NCBI GenBank assembly: GCA_938046775.1
Contig: CALIXB010000026.1
Span: forward strand, 6,876 to 70,875
Direction of reading: 5' to 3'
Source of the DNA: an uncultured Candidatus Saccharibacteria bacterium
GTDB taxonomy: Bacteria; Patescibacteriota; Saccharimonadia; Saccharimonadales; Saccharimonadaceae
DNA length: 64,000 nt
The notes under the pieces were generated by a model. It was not told the origin of the DNA and searched no databases. It was given only the letters and a program-made list of their open reading frames with translations. Made by a program: the position numbers and the translations under genes. Below are positions 21,117 to 31,612 of this stretch, in pieces (within the stretch, counting starts at the first letter, position 1; every line of letters begins with the position of its first letter).

Positions 21117-22203
21117 TAATAGACTCCTTGACTGCCGCAACAATTATCTCAATATCTTCGTCTGTAACCTTTGGATGAACTGGCAGGGATACAACTCGTG
21201 CCGCCAAGTCTTCAGCTACTGGGAAGTCGCCAATCTTATAGCCAAGCTTTGCAATATGTGGATATGCATGCAAAGGTTTTGGATAGTAAATACCAGCCCC
21301 AACACCTTTATCCCTCAGGCTAGTAATAAACTGATCTCGCTGTATGTTCTTATCCAGCAAGATGGTGTACTGATGATACACATGGCTTCGATTGTCGCTC
21401 ACGGTTGGTGTTTTAATGCCCACAATACCCGCTAAGCCATCATTTAATTTACGAGCATTTTCTTGACGTTTTTTTGTAAATTCTTCTACTTTTTTCAATT
21501 GTTCAACAGCAATAGCACCATGCAGATCTGACATGCGATAGTTATATCCCAAATCTGCATACTCGTATGGCGCAACCATACCGTGTTGCCTAAATGAACG
21601 AATCGCCGCTGCAGCTTCATCACTATTTGTCGTTACGACACCACCCTCGCCACACATAATATTCTTGGTAGCATACAGAGAGAAACAGCTGAAATCGCCC
21701 AATGAGCCAGTTTTTACGCCTTTATACTCTGCTCCAATAGCCTGACACGCATCCTCAACAATCTTCAGATTGTGTTTTTCGGCAATTTCCTGTAGTTCAG
21801 TCCAGTCACACGGTTGCCCATATAAATCAACTGGTATAATGGCTTTCGTTTTTTCAGTAATAGCAACTTCTATCTTGGAAACGTCAATATTGAACGTTTC
21901 TTCATCAATATCGACAAGTACTGGGTGAGCGCCCAACATCAATATTGGATTAATAGTAGCGATAAAACTATACGGAGTGGTGATAACTTCATCGCCCTCT
22001 TTCACGCCAGCGGCATACAAAGCACAGTGAATAGCCGCCGTACCGCTATTTACTGCTAACGCATGTTTTACCCCACAATATTCCGCCCAGTTTTTTTCTA
22101 GTTCGGCAACTTTTGGCCCTTGAGCCAACATGCCTGATTCTATAACTTCATTTACTGCTCGACGTTCTTCACTGTCGATAACTGGTGCTGCGATATTTAT
22201 CAT
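21109..22203 (-). CDS. DegT/DnrJ/EryC1/StrS sugar aminotransferase
   Basis: NSGTAA, EDACQA, SLYATKN, GEGG, GYNYRM. Confidence 0.93.
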   Translation of the reverse strand: MINIAAPVIDSEERRAVNEVIESGMLAQGPKVAELEKNWAEYCGVKHALAVNSGTAAIHCALYAAGVKEGDEVITTPYSFIATINPILMLGAHPVLVDIDEETFNIDVSKIEVAITEKTKAIIPVDLYGQPCDWTELQEIAEKHNLKIVEDACQAIGAEYKGVKTGSLGDFSCFSLYATKNIMCGEGGVVTTNSDEAAAAIRSFRQHGMVAPYEYADLGYNYRMSDLHGAIAVEQLKKVEEFTKKRQENARKLNDGLAGIVGIKTPTVSDNRSHVYHQYTILLDKNIQRDQFITSLRDKGVGAGIYYPKPLHAYPHIAKLGYKIGDFPVAEDLAARVVSLPVHPKVTDEDIEIIVAAVKESING

Positions 22204-22335
22204 TTAAGTTACCTCCTTAACTTATTGAAACTATTGTACCACACACCAACTAAATCTTATAGTAATACTTGGACAGTAGTATAGTCTAGTAGGATATGGT
22301 TATTTGTTGATATATATAATATAATTGGTTACATT

Positions 22336-24342
22336 ATGAGAATTAACTTTAAAGAAACTCTGTCTTCATTTTCCAGTTTCTTATATAAAAATCAAGGTTG
22401 GATTTTTCCAATAATAGTCTTATCTGCCCTAATTAGTCTATCTGCTCTTCAAATATCTGGTACATCCGCAGGAATATATGACTATCTACTTGGCAAGAAA
22501 CCAGTAAATCTCATCGCTGGAAAACCACGACCAATCCGTTCAGATGAATGGGTTGTCACAACTCCATTTGTAGTATCTCAGTATAATAACGGTATGCCAG
22601 CCAAAAGCAAGGATATTGGTATTGGACAAGATATGAGTATTGTAGCTGACGCTCCATACACAGATTGGAGTATGTTATTTAGACCACATAACCTTATTTT
22701 TTTTCTGTTACCCATAGGGTTTGCATTTGCCTTTAAATGGTGGTTGTTGTCTGCCGGTTTAGCTTTATCGGTCTATATATTTGTATTATTTTTATATCCA
22801 CGCAAATACCTCATTGCTAGTCTACTCGGATCTATAATGCTCTTCAGTCCTTTTATTCAATGGTGGTATCAATCTGCAACGATTTTACCAATAATTTATG
22901 GTCTTCTGGGAATAGTTTCAGCTATCAAGTTAATCGAAAGTAGGTGTCGTAGAACCGCAATATACTGGTCTATAGCACTAGCCTACTTAGCGGTATGTTT
23001 TGCGCTAGTAATGTATCCAGCGTTTCAATTAACAATTGGCCTTGTTTCTCTCGTAACCCTGTTAGCTATACTACAAGGCAGAGGCACCCTGCATCTTCTT
23101 TGGCAACGTCGTAATCTATTCTTGATATTCGGATCAATCATAATAGCTGGGACTATTATGGGACTATTTTTATGGCAACATAGCGATGCTGTCAAAGCCT
23201 CACTAAACACTATATACCCAGGGCATCGCAATATTAGTTCTGGGGGTTTTGATATTTTTCGACTTATTAGTTGGCCGCTAAGCTATCTATTGCTGCATGA
23301 CAATAATTCAATGATACTTGGCAATAATCAAAGCGAAGTCTCTAACTTCCTACTTATTGGTCTAGTGTTGATGCCTTTCCTAATTTATTTATCTATAAGA
23401 TATAAATCTACCTTTTCAAAACTTGAAAAATCTATCATTTATATAAGTTCTGGTATCTTTATCTTTATAGCCATACGTATGTTTGTACCTATTGGCGACC
23501 AGTTGTTTAGTTTACTTGGTATGTCAAAAATACCACATGAGCGTTTATTTATTGGCCTCGGGCTAATTAACTTCTTATTACTTTTGGTCGCCGTTTCAAG
23601 GCGGTCAAAGAAGCTTCCTAAAAAATGGTGGAAGCCACTGACAAGTATCCAGCAACTAATATTCTTTGCCATAATTACTATAATCTTTTCAATACTTATA
23701 TACGCAACGGTTCGCCATTATGATATACCAAATATAGGACCGCTAGAGTCCGTAGCTGTAATATTGACCTTTAGCGTTTCCTCAACCTTATTACTATCAT
23801 CATACGAACAATTTCGTATAGTTGGTCTTGTGGGGGTCCTTTTGTTAAATATTTTATCTACCTATATGGTAAACCCTCTCTACCGAGGAGTAGGTATAAC
23901 TGATAATGAATTTTCTCGATATATCATGGACGCTGAAAAAAAAGATAATTTTTACTGGGTTGCAAATGATTCATCTGTGCTATCTGCTATCATGGTGGCA
24001 AGTGGTGCTGAAGTCTATGGCGGTGTTAACACTTACCCTCAAACAGACATCTGGAGAAGATACTTTCCCAATAGTGCTAACGTATTTAACCGCTACGCCC
24101 ATGTTCGTTTTCTTTTTGACTCATCACCCCAAAAGCGTTCACTCAGTCTCATTCAGGACGACTCATTCTTCGTTCATATATCTCCTTGCGATGAAATGCT
24201 ACACGACCTAAATATACGCTATATCGCATCAGAGAGACCGCTTAAATCGAGTTGCCTAGATTCCAACCGAGGTGGAATATTTGATGGCAAAAAAATATAC
24301 ATCTACACCATCAAAAACAATAGCACAAATACTCGGAAATAG
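22336..24342 (+). CDS. Polytopic membrane protein, putative GT-C glycosyltransferase
   Basis: PRPIRSDEW loop with acidic pair, ~13 TMs, TIYPG.R, NRYAH; lies in glycan locus. Confidence 0.55.
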   Translation: MRINFKETLSSFSSFLYKNQGWIFPIIVLSALISLSALQISGTSAGIYDYLLGKKPVNLIAGKPRPIRSDEWVVTTPFVVSQYNNGMPAKSKDIGIGQDMSIVADAPYTDWSMLFRPHNLIFFLLPIGFAFAFKWWLLSAGLALSVYIFVLFLYPRKYLIASLLGSIMLFSPFIQWWYQSATILPIIYGLLGIVSAIKLIESRCRRTAIYWSIALAYLAVCFALVMYPAFQLTIGLVSLVTLLAILQGRGTLHLLWQRRNLFLIFGSIIIAGTIMGLFLWQHSDAVKASLNTIYPGHRNISSGGFDIFRLISWPLSYLLLHDNNSMILGNNQSEVSNFLLIGLVLMPFLIYLSIRYKSTFSKLEKSIIYISSGIFIFIAIRMFVPIGDQLFSLLGMSKIPHERLFIGLGLINFLLLLVAVSRRSKKLPKKWWKPLTSIQQLIFFAIITIIFSILIYATVRHYDIPNIGPLESVAVILTFSVSSTLLLSSYEQFRIVGLVGVLLLNILSTYMVNPLYRGVGITDNEFSRYIMDAEKKDNFYWVANDSSVLSAIMVASGAEVYGGVNTYPQTDIWRRYFPNSANVFNRYAHVRFLFDSSPQKRSLSLIQDDSFFVHISPCDEMLHDLNIRYIASERPLKSSCLDSNRGGIFDGKKIYIYTIKNNSTNTRK

Positions 24343-24524
24343 ATAAAGCTACAATGCCATTTATGCCAGTTGTTTTTTGTTGATGTTGTTAGAATTAGTG
24401 GAGGGCTCTTTTATGATTGTAGTCCTTGTTAGTGGTTTAAGTATGGCATAATAGAGTCCTATATTGTCTATTCTTACCGCTTGTGGTAAAATAATAGATA
24501 TATTTATAATAATATAGGAATCTA

Positions 24525-25076
24525 ATGAAAATAAATAATCTTAATCGGTATTCAAATAATAAACGGCGGCGCCATATTGTTATAATAGTTGCAGTTGTTT
24601 GCTTGTCTACTATTTCTTATGGAGCGTATTGGTATTTTTACCAGCAAAATAAGGATGATAAGCCCGTGTTGACTTTACCGGATAGGCAAGTGGGAGAGAC
24701 TAACTACTCGCATCCAAATAAGGATGAACAAAATCCAACATCCGACAATGACGACAATAATCAAAAAAAACTCACACCTCAACAAAATGCGCCCGCTACC
24801 TCACCTATCCCTGTTTCCATAACTCGAGTAGACAGATCCCCACTACAAGTTGGCGTTATAATCAATGAGCTTCTATCTAGTGGCACCTGTACGCTAAAGC
24901 TCTCTAAGCCTGGTTTGAGTGACATAACCCAAACAGTGGAAATCTTTAACGGACCAAGCTATACCACCTGTCGCGGCTTTTCTATTGATAACGTTCCCGG
25001 CGGCACATGGAAACTTACTATAATCATAAACTCTGAAAATAGATCCGGTAGTACTAGTCAGGAGATTACTATATGA
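24525..25076 (+). CDS. Membrane-anchored hypothetical protein with C-terminal Ig-like domain
   Basis: Basic N-terminus, TM, low-complexity linker, beta-rich domain with Cys pair. Confidence 0.6.
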   Translation: MKINNLNRYSNNKRRRHIVIIVAVVCLSTISYGAYWYFYQQNKDDKPVLTLPDRQVGETNYSHPNKDEQNPTSDNDDNNQKKLTPQQNAPATSPIPVSITRVDRSPLQVGVIINELLSSGTCTLKLSKPGLSDITQTVEIFNGPSYTTCRGFSIDNVPGGTWKLTIIINSENRSGSTSQEITI

Positions 25077-27334
25077 TACATAAAACAACTATTTTATTTG
25101 CAGGTCTTGCTGCAGCTATTATTTTATCCATAGCTATGGTCAATCCTGTTAATGCAAGTTCCTTCGATCCAGGGAATATTATTAGCGATTCTATTTTTAC
25201 TAACAGCAGAACCATGACCGCTGATCAAATTCAGTATTTTATAGAAGTTAAGGGTAAATATTGTACTGACGGCGAAGCTCCATGTCTAAAAAATTATCGT
25301 GAAAATGGCAAAAGCGTAGGTACAATAATATATGAGGTATCCCAACAATATTTGATAAATCCCCAGGTTATCCTAGCGACCCTACAGAAAGAGGTTGGTT
25401 TGGTAACTATTAGCAACCCAGGTTCGTGGCGGTATCGTACCGCTATGGGATATGGATGTCCCGATTCTACACCAGGTGTCTGTAATTCACAGTATTTTGG
25501 ATTTACAAATCAGGTTCGTTGGGCTGCTACCATGTTTAGAGCAATCATGAACAATTCTCCAACTTGGTTTACTCCTTATCGCATAGGTGTTAATTCGATC
25601 TTATGGCACCCAAACCAAGCCTGCGGCATTAGTAATGTAAATATTGTCAACCGAGCAACTGTTGCATTATATAGTTATACGCCGTATCGGCCAAATAACG
25701 CCGCCTTAGCAGCCGGGTTTGGTACTGGTGATGGTTGCAGTTCATACGGAAACCGTAATTTCTGGTTATATTTTAATACCTGGTTCGGTAGTTCAACAAG
25801 TTCTATATTAATCCAATCACCACAAAGCCCAGCCGTTTACTTACAGAGTGGTAGTATTAGATATGCTATACCATCTTGGGATATTATTAATGCCTATGGA
25901 TTTGGAAGATTCGGAGTTACTCCAGTTTCAAATTCTTACATGAATTCCCTACAAAATGGTGGTATATTAAATACAGTTTTCTCTAATAAATCTGAGCCTG
26001 GACCAATATATCTAGCAGATAACGGTTACCGTTTTGGGTTTTCATCTTACCAGCAGTGCGTTGACTGGGGATTTCCTAGGTGTACTGATTCTTCATACGC
26101 TAAGCCGCTAGAACCCTCTGTATTTGACCGCATGCATCAGTATGGTGCAATATCACCACTAATGCTAAATGGTTCACACCTGCATATAATGAAGGATGGG
26201 AAAAAACACACCCTATTATCACATGAAGCAAGGGTAGAAAAGGGCTATGCCAACATAAACTATACACCAATAACCAACCCAGCTAACCTAACCCAACCAT
26301 ACGCCAAATCTATACCGCATAACAACAGTCTGGTATCATTTAGAGCAACTCCCGCTATTTATTTATATACCAATGAAAAATTTTATGCCCTTAGCTATGA
26401 TGCCTTCCTTACTTTATCATCAAAACTACCGACATTAGTAGATTCGTTCTCTGAATATAATAGCCAGTTGCCAGTAGAACAAGGCTTTATTCAGTCCAAT
26501 GTTGCTTTGAGTGATGGCTCTCTATATAGTTTTGTAAATGGCAAGAAAATTAACCTTACAAAGGTTAAACACCACTGGCCACAAGCAGCTATTATAGATG
26601 ACCTAAAAACAATTTTAGCGCTGCGTAGCGATGATTATACAGCAGATGAAAATTCTACCTATCGCACGACAGCTGGCTCCATACTAAAGGTTGAAAATAA
26701 ACATTTTAGAGGCTTTTATAGCTTATATGACTATTTTGCCCTAGGAAATAACAGACCGATACCAATCAATGAATTAGCTATCGCTAACCTTGCTAGTGGA
26801 TCATCTGTTATGGCAAATGGTCAAGGTTCTGTTTATCAGCTCGCTAGCCCCGCCAATCAATCCCTCATACTAACTCCTTCAATTGATGGATCGCCATGTC
26901 AATTATCATCACTTGACCAACTCGGCTCTTATTACCTTATTACTAATAGCGTACAGAGACTTGCGCCTTCCCAACAGCCAGTTTCTACACTGACCAATAC
27001 AACGTACGACCAAGATGGAAATATTCATATAATCTACTCCGGCAGACACGCTATACTTAATGCTTCTGAATTAACTTCAGTGTGGGGCGTACACCAAAAA
27101 ATACCAGCCTGTACATTTCATAAGTTACACCTAGCTAAAATTCCAGTAAACTCTTCCGTTCGTTTTGTTAGAGATCCTGTAACGGGCGTAATCTACCATG
27201 GTGAAGGTGGTAAAAAACGACCGATATTCTCTTATACCGCTTTTATAAGAATGGGTGGAAATACATCAAATACACTGGATGTTTCGAATGAATTTATCAA
27301 AGCATCACCAACGGGTGTCGCAATTACTGAGTAG
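25073..27334 (+). CDS. Secreted protein: lysozyme-like/hemagglutinin-type N-domain plus ~50-aa repeats
   Basis: Signal peptide; FDPGNIISD, INPQVILATLQKE, GYGCPD, LYSYTP; repeated (I/V)Y....G.(K/R)..I.S...F...G units. Confidence 0.65.
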   Translation: MIHKTTILFAGLAAAIILSIAMVNPVNASSFDPGNIISDSIFTNSRTMTADQIQYFIEVKGKYCTDGEAPCLKNYRENGKSVGTIIYEVSQQYLINPQVILATLQKEVGLVTISNPGSWRYRTAMGYGCPDSTPGVCNSQYFGFTNQVRWAATMFRAIMNNSPTWFTPYRIGVNSILWHPNQACGISNVNIVNRATVALYSYTPYRPNNAALAAGFGTGDGCSSYGNRNFWLYFNTWFGSSTSSILIQSPQSPAVYLQSGSIRYAIPSWDIINAYGFGRFGVTPVSNSYMNSLQNGGILNTVFSNKSEPGPIYLADNGYRFGFSSYQQCVDWGFPRCTDSSYAKPLEPSVFDRMHQYGAISPLMLNGSHLHIMKDGKKHTLLSHEARVEKGYANINYTPITNPANLTQPYAKSIPHNNSLVSFRATPAIYLYTNEKFYALSYDAFLTLSSKLPTLVDSFSEYNSQLPVEQGFIQSNVALSDGSLYSFVNGKKINLTKVKHHWPQAAIIDDLKTILALRSDDYTADENSTYRTTAGSILKVENKHFRGFYSLYDYFALGNNRPIPINELAIANLASGSSVMANGQGSVYQLASPANQSLILTPSIDGSPCQLSSLDQLGSYYLITNSVQRLAPSQQPVSTLTNTTYDQDGNIHIIYSGRHAILNASELTSVWGVHQKIPACTFHKLHLAKIPVNSSVRFVRDPVTGVIYHGEGGKKRPIFSYTAFIRMGGNTSNTLDVSNEFIKASPTGVAITE

Positions 27335-27367
27335 CTATTATTTTGTTTTTAGTTTATACTATATAGT

Positions 27368-28210
27368 ATGAGTAGTGTTTTAGATTTGTCGGTTGTGATT
27401 GCTTTCCATAATCACGCCAAAATGACAATTGATTGCGTCTCCTCTCTACAAAAATATGGCCCAAATGTAAGAGAGATTTTACTTATAAGCAACAACTCTT
27501 CACCGGACGAACTACGTATAGTTAAAGAATATAGCAAGAATCATCCGAATATACGCGTTTTGACCTGGGATTATCCCTTTAACTACCAGAAAGAATACAA
27601 CTGGGGTATATCGCAGACTAGTGGAGAGTTTATTCTAATGCTAAATAATGATATTGAACTAACCGAAGGTTCTATAGGACTAATAGAGTCTATGTATAAA
27701 AAAGCATCTAAAAAGGAAGTTGGCATTGTTGGCTGCACACTATTATATGGTAATGAAAGAGATATTCAACATGCCGGTATTTTTCTTATGCCAGAAGGTA
27801 TGGCAGACCATATGTATGTTCGCGAACGATATCAGACCGCACTCAAGCAAGTCGGCTCCGAAAAGTTCCCCTATGACATAACCAAAGATATGCCAATGAC
27901 TGCCGTAACAGGTGCGGCACAGCTTGTACGTAAATCTTCTTTCGAAAAAATCGGAGGATTTGATGAGAAATTTATCATTTGCGGTGGTGACGTAGATCTA
28001 TGCATCAGAATGAATGAATCTGGTCTACAAACTTGGTTTGTTGGTGGAGGATACATGCTCCACAAAGAAAGTATCTCTCGTAAGTTTATACCGATACCAG
28101 CAGAAGACTTTTATAATAGTTATATAAGCTACATAAAGGGCTACGATCCTGAAATTGGCGATCCGTTTTTACCAGAAATTACTAAAAAAATTAAGATACA
28201 TGGAGTTTAA
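27368..28210 (+). CDS. GT2 glycosyltransferase
   Basis: PFNY, LNNDIE, QHAG, AVTGA, GGFDE, DVDLC. Confidence 0.88.
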   Translation: MSSVLDLSVVIAFHNHAKMTIDCVSSLQKYGPNVREILLISNNSSPDELRIVKEYSKNHPNIRVLTWDYPFNYQKEYNWGISQTSGEFILMLNNDIELTEGSIGLIESMYKKASKKEVGIVGCTLLYGNERDIQHAGIFLMPEGMADHMYVRERYQTALKQVGSEKFPYDITKDMPMTAVTGAAQLVRKSSFEKIGGFDEKFIICGGDVDLCIRMNESGLQTWFVGGGYMLHKESISRKFIPIPAEDFYNSYISYIKGYDPEIGDPFLPEITKKIKIHGV

Positions 28211-28212
28211 AT

Positions 28213-29553
28213 ATGAGTGTCCTTCGTTTCTCTATACGCGCTGCACGTAAATCTGCCCATATTAGTGGAAAATTATTGCGTAAAAGCTTAAACTTTACTA
28301 ATAAAGTAGAACACAAGGCTACCAACTTATTAGACGGTGTCGATTATAGTATGCAGATTAACGAAAAGGTTCCGCTTGAGAAAATTTATTACAACTCTAT
28401 ACCATATGTTCTACCGATTCATGCAGCCATGCCCGCTGTTGGATCAAAAGGGACTGTCACTCTTTTAATTCCATCTCTGGATGGTAGTTCCTTTTTTGGT
28501 GGAACCGCGACTGCATTGGTTGTTGCTGCTAAACTAGCTTTATTAAAAAAATGTAAACTTCGTATTGTACAGACTCTCAAAACTGGCTATCCGGGCGATC
28601 TTGTAAAATTCTTTACTAGCGAAGGCATCAATATCTCTGATGACGCTATTCAAGTAATAAGTATTGCCGAGCGCAGTTATAATGTTTATGGCTATATTAG
28701 TACTCATCCAGATGATATTTTTATAGCTTCAGCCTGGTGGGACGCTTACAATTTATCACGTATGCCTCTAAAACGTAAGTTTATATACCTAGTACAGGAT
28801 TTCGAACCGATATTCTACAACAACAGTGACCGATATGTCCTAGCCGAGGAAACATATAAAAGCGACAAGTTTATTCCCTTATGTAATACTAAGTTTATGG
28901 CTGATTTTATGTCAGATAGAAACTACCCTGCCTTCAAAAAGTCTCTATTCTTTGAGCCAGCAGTATCTCGCAAAAAGTCTGGCACACTCTTATCGAAAAA
29001 GGCTAATGATAAAAAGACTTTGTTCCTTTACGGTAGACCAAATGTTCACAGGAATATGTTTTTCACTGCGCTTCAGGCTATTGACTATGCCTTTAAGGCT
29101 GGTTTTATAAATCCTAATAACTGGGACTGTTGTATGGCTGGTCAGAATAACTTACCCGATATAGTTCTATCTTCTGGCGCAGTTATCAAGAACAAAGGTA
29201 AAATGTCTATAGAGGATTATATTGAGTTTAGTAAAACCGTAGATTTAGCTATATCACCTATGATGGCTCCTCATCCAAATTACCCAACACTAGAATTTTC
29301 ATCCATTGGCTCTATGGTGGTTACAACCAAATACGCCAACAAAGAAAGTCTTGATAAATACTCAAAAAATATTATAATGTCTGAATTAGACGTAGAGTCT
29401 ATGGCAGGAGCTATAAACATTGCCGTAAAAAGAACTGAAGAAGACCGTCTCGCTAACCTTAATAATACAAATATATTAACCAGCTGGGACGAAAGCCTAG
29501 ATGATTGTCTAAAAAGTATACTGGATCGTATTAATAAATCTGAAAACTATTAA
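28213..29553 (+). CDS. WsaF-like rhamnosyltransferase (GT-B)
   Basis: FFGGTATA, ASAWW, YLVQDFEPIFY, YGRP...RN, PHPNYPTLE. Confidence 0.75.
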   Translation: MSVLRFSIRAARKSAHISGKLLRKSLNFTNKVEHKATNLLDGVDYSMQINEKVPLEKIYYNSIPYVLPIHAAMPAVGSKGTVTLLIPSLDGSSFFGGTATALVVAAKLALLKKCKLRIVQTLKTGYPGDLVKFFTSEGINISDDAIQVISIAERSYNVYGYISTHPDDIFIASAWWDAYNLSRMPLKRKFIYLVQDFEPIFYNNSDRYVLAEETYKSDKFIPLCNTKFMADFMSDRNYPAFKKSLFFEPAVSRKKSGTLLSKKANDKKTLFLYGRPNVHRNMFFTALQAIDYAFKAGFINPNNWDCCMAGQNNLPDIVLSSGAVIKNKGKMSIEDYIEFSKTVDLAISPMMAPHPNYPTLEFSSIGSMVVTTKYANKESLDKYSKNIIMSELDVESMAGAINIAVKRTEEDRLANLNNTNILTSWDESLDDCLKSILDRINKSENY

Positions 29554-29600
29554 CGCCAAACCTATGGATGTGTGATTAATAAAAGTGATTAATAAAAACT

Positions 29601-30764
29601 TTACCTCCACTCACCCATAGAGCGCATCGGACCATCCCTAAGTATATCTTTACCTTTAACTACGAAAGAATATACTCGTGGTAGGTGCTTAAGTGTACTA
29701 TCATCCTTACTCCTGTGAATAGATATATAGACATCGTACTTACCAGGATTTAGGTCAGCTATAGGTTGTACAAATTCAATCTTTTTACCATTCTGAATAA
29801 AATCATTAGGCATATCTCTCGAATTCCTATCTGAGAATATAATTCCATTAGCCGACAATGAAAAATTAGCAAACACCTGTTCTTCGATGCCGTTAACTAC
29901 TACACCTAACTTTAGCTCTTCATCTTGGGAAAAACTCCTCTTTTTTGGCTCAACAATCTCAATTGAAACCTGGTTGGTATCTGCCTCCCTATCTTTTTGG
30001 CTTTGATTTGATTTATCTATGTTAACCTCTGTATATATATCAGCTATATCAATAGGCGAACCCTGGTGTTTTATCTTACCATCTTCTATATATATAGCTC
30101 TAGAACAGAATCTACGCACTGCACCCATATCGTGAGTAACAAAAACAACTGTTTGTTTATTATATTTAAGATTCTCAAAATAATCGAAACATTTCTGCTG
30201 AAATGCAGCGTCACCAACAGCTAAAACCTCATCTAAAACCAAAATATCAGCATTGGTTTGAATTGCCACCGAAAAAGCCAACCGCACCTGCATACCGCTA
30301 GAATAGTTCTTTAGCTTTTCTTCCATAAATTCATGCAGCTCAGCAAAATCAACTATTTCATTATAAATAGAATCAATCTCTGATCGACTAAAACCCAGTA
30401 GAGCACCGTTCAAATAGACATTTTCACGACCCGATAACTCTGGATTAAAACCCACACCTAATTCAATAAATGGCACCAGCGAACCGTTAACCTTTACCGA
30501 TCCACTATTGGGAGTATAAATACCAGCAATACTTTTAAGCAGAGTGCTTTTTCCCGAACCATTGCGCCCAACAATACCAAAAAATTCACCTTTTTTAATT
30601 TCTAAAGATATATCCTTAAGCGGTGTAAACTTGCGATAGCCTTTGTTTCTCTTAAATATACCAGTAACCCGACTCTTTAGACGGTTGGTTGGCTCTAAAG
30701 GAATTTTAAAGGTTTTTGTCAAATGATTAACTTGAATAACCACATCGTCACTACTCTTTTTCAT
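29601..30764 (-). CDS. wzt: Polysaccharide ABC exporter ATPase with C-terminal domain
   Basis: GRNGSGKST, YSSGMQVRLAF, LDEVLAVGD. Confidence 0.92.
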   Translation of the reverse strand: MKKSSDDVVIQVNHLTKTFKIPLEPTNRLKSRVTGIFKRNKGYRKFTPLKDISLEIKKGEFFGIVGRNGSGKSTLLKSIAGIYTPNSGSVKVNGSLVPFIELGVGFNPELSGRENVYLNGALLGFSRSEIDSIYNEIVDFAELHEFMEEKLKNYSSGMQVRLAFSVAIQTNADILVLDEVLAVGDAAFQQKCFDYFENLKYNKQTVVFVTHDMGAVRRFCSRAIYIEDGKIKHQGSPIDIADIYTEVNIDKSNQSQKDREADTNQVSIEIVEPKKRSFSQDEELKLGVVVNGIEEQVFANFSLSANGIIFSDRNSRDMPNDFIQNGKKIEFVQPIADLNPGKYDVYISIHRSKDDSTLKHLPRVYSFVVKGKDILRDGPMRSMGEWR

Positions 30765-31583
30765 CTAAATATCCTCCGCAAAAAACTTTGATTTCTTTGA
30801 GAAATACCACACACCAACTACAACCATCAGTAGAATAATAAATCCTGGAATCGCCAATCGCCAATCGTGCATCAAATCAGTCATTCTCACGATTGAGGCG
30901 TCTTGACTAATCATCGCATAGCGCGCATCCTGAATAATCTGCGCCACTGGATTGATAAACAAAATTTCAGCAGCTTTTTGACTACGCTCCATCACCATAG
31001 TTAACGGATAAATAATTGGTGTAGCATAAAATGCCGCTTGCAGAAAAATTTCCCAGATATAGCCAGTGTCGCGAAACTTAACATTTAGCGCCGACAGTAA
31101 CATAGCAATACCTAGAGCAAAAACATATAGCTCCAAAACTAACGGAATCATCCATAAAATATTCCAGGTGAAGTCTACACCGTTAATCAACGCAAACAAC
31201 ATAACCACCAGAAGATTAATTCCTAGATTAATCAACGACGAAATTGTACCAGAAATAACGATGATATATTTTGGAAAGTTCAATTTACGTATCAGGTCGC
31301 CACGATTGACGATTGAACCCAAGCCATTGCTGGTAGCCTCTGTAAAAAACGACCACAATACTACACCAAGTAGTAAGGTTACAGCAAAATGCGGCACGCC
31401 GCGATCCATTTGTAGAACATAGACAAAAACTACATACAAAATCGCAAACAAAAATAGAGGTTTCAAAACGCTCCAAACATAGCCAAGTACCGAACCCTGA
31501 TACCTTAGTTTAAAATCAGTTACTACTAGTTCCCGCAAAAGAATTCGATTCTTCCGATCTAACAGACCAACTCCTTTTTTCAT
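30765..31583 (-). CDS. wzm: Polysaccharide ABC exporter permease
   Basis: DFKLRYQGSVLGYVWS...PL, FYATPIIYP, NP. Confidence 0.92.
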   Translation of the reverse strand: MKKGVGLLDRKNRILLRELVVTDFKLRYQGSVLGYVWSVLKPLFLFAILYVVFVYVLQMDRGVPHFAVTLLLGVVLWSFFTEATSNGLGSIVNRGDLIRKLNFPKYIIVISGTISSLINLGINLLVVMLFALINGVDFTWNILWMIPLVLELYVFALGIAMLLSALNVKFRDTGYIWEIFLQAAFYATPIIYPLTMVMERSQKAAEILFINPVAQIIQDARYAMISQDASIVRMTDLMHDWRLAIPGFIILLMVVVGVWYFSKKSKFFAEDI

Positions 31584-31612
31584 GTATTATATTATAGAGT
31601 ATAATTGATAAT

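Noticed and set aside
24343..24524. Possible ncRNA in the intergenic gap
   Set aside because: Only short, weak inverted repeats in AT-rich sequence; not distinguishable from chance
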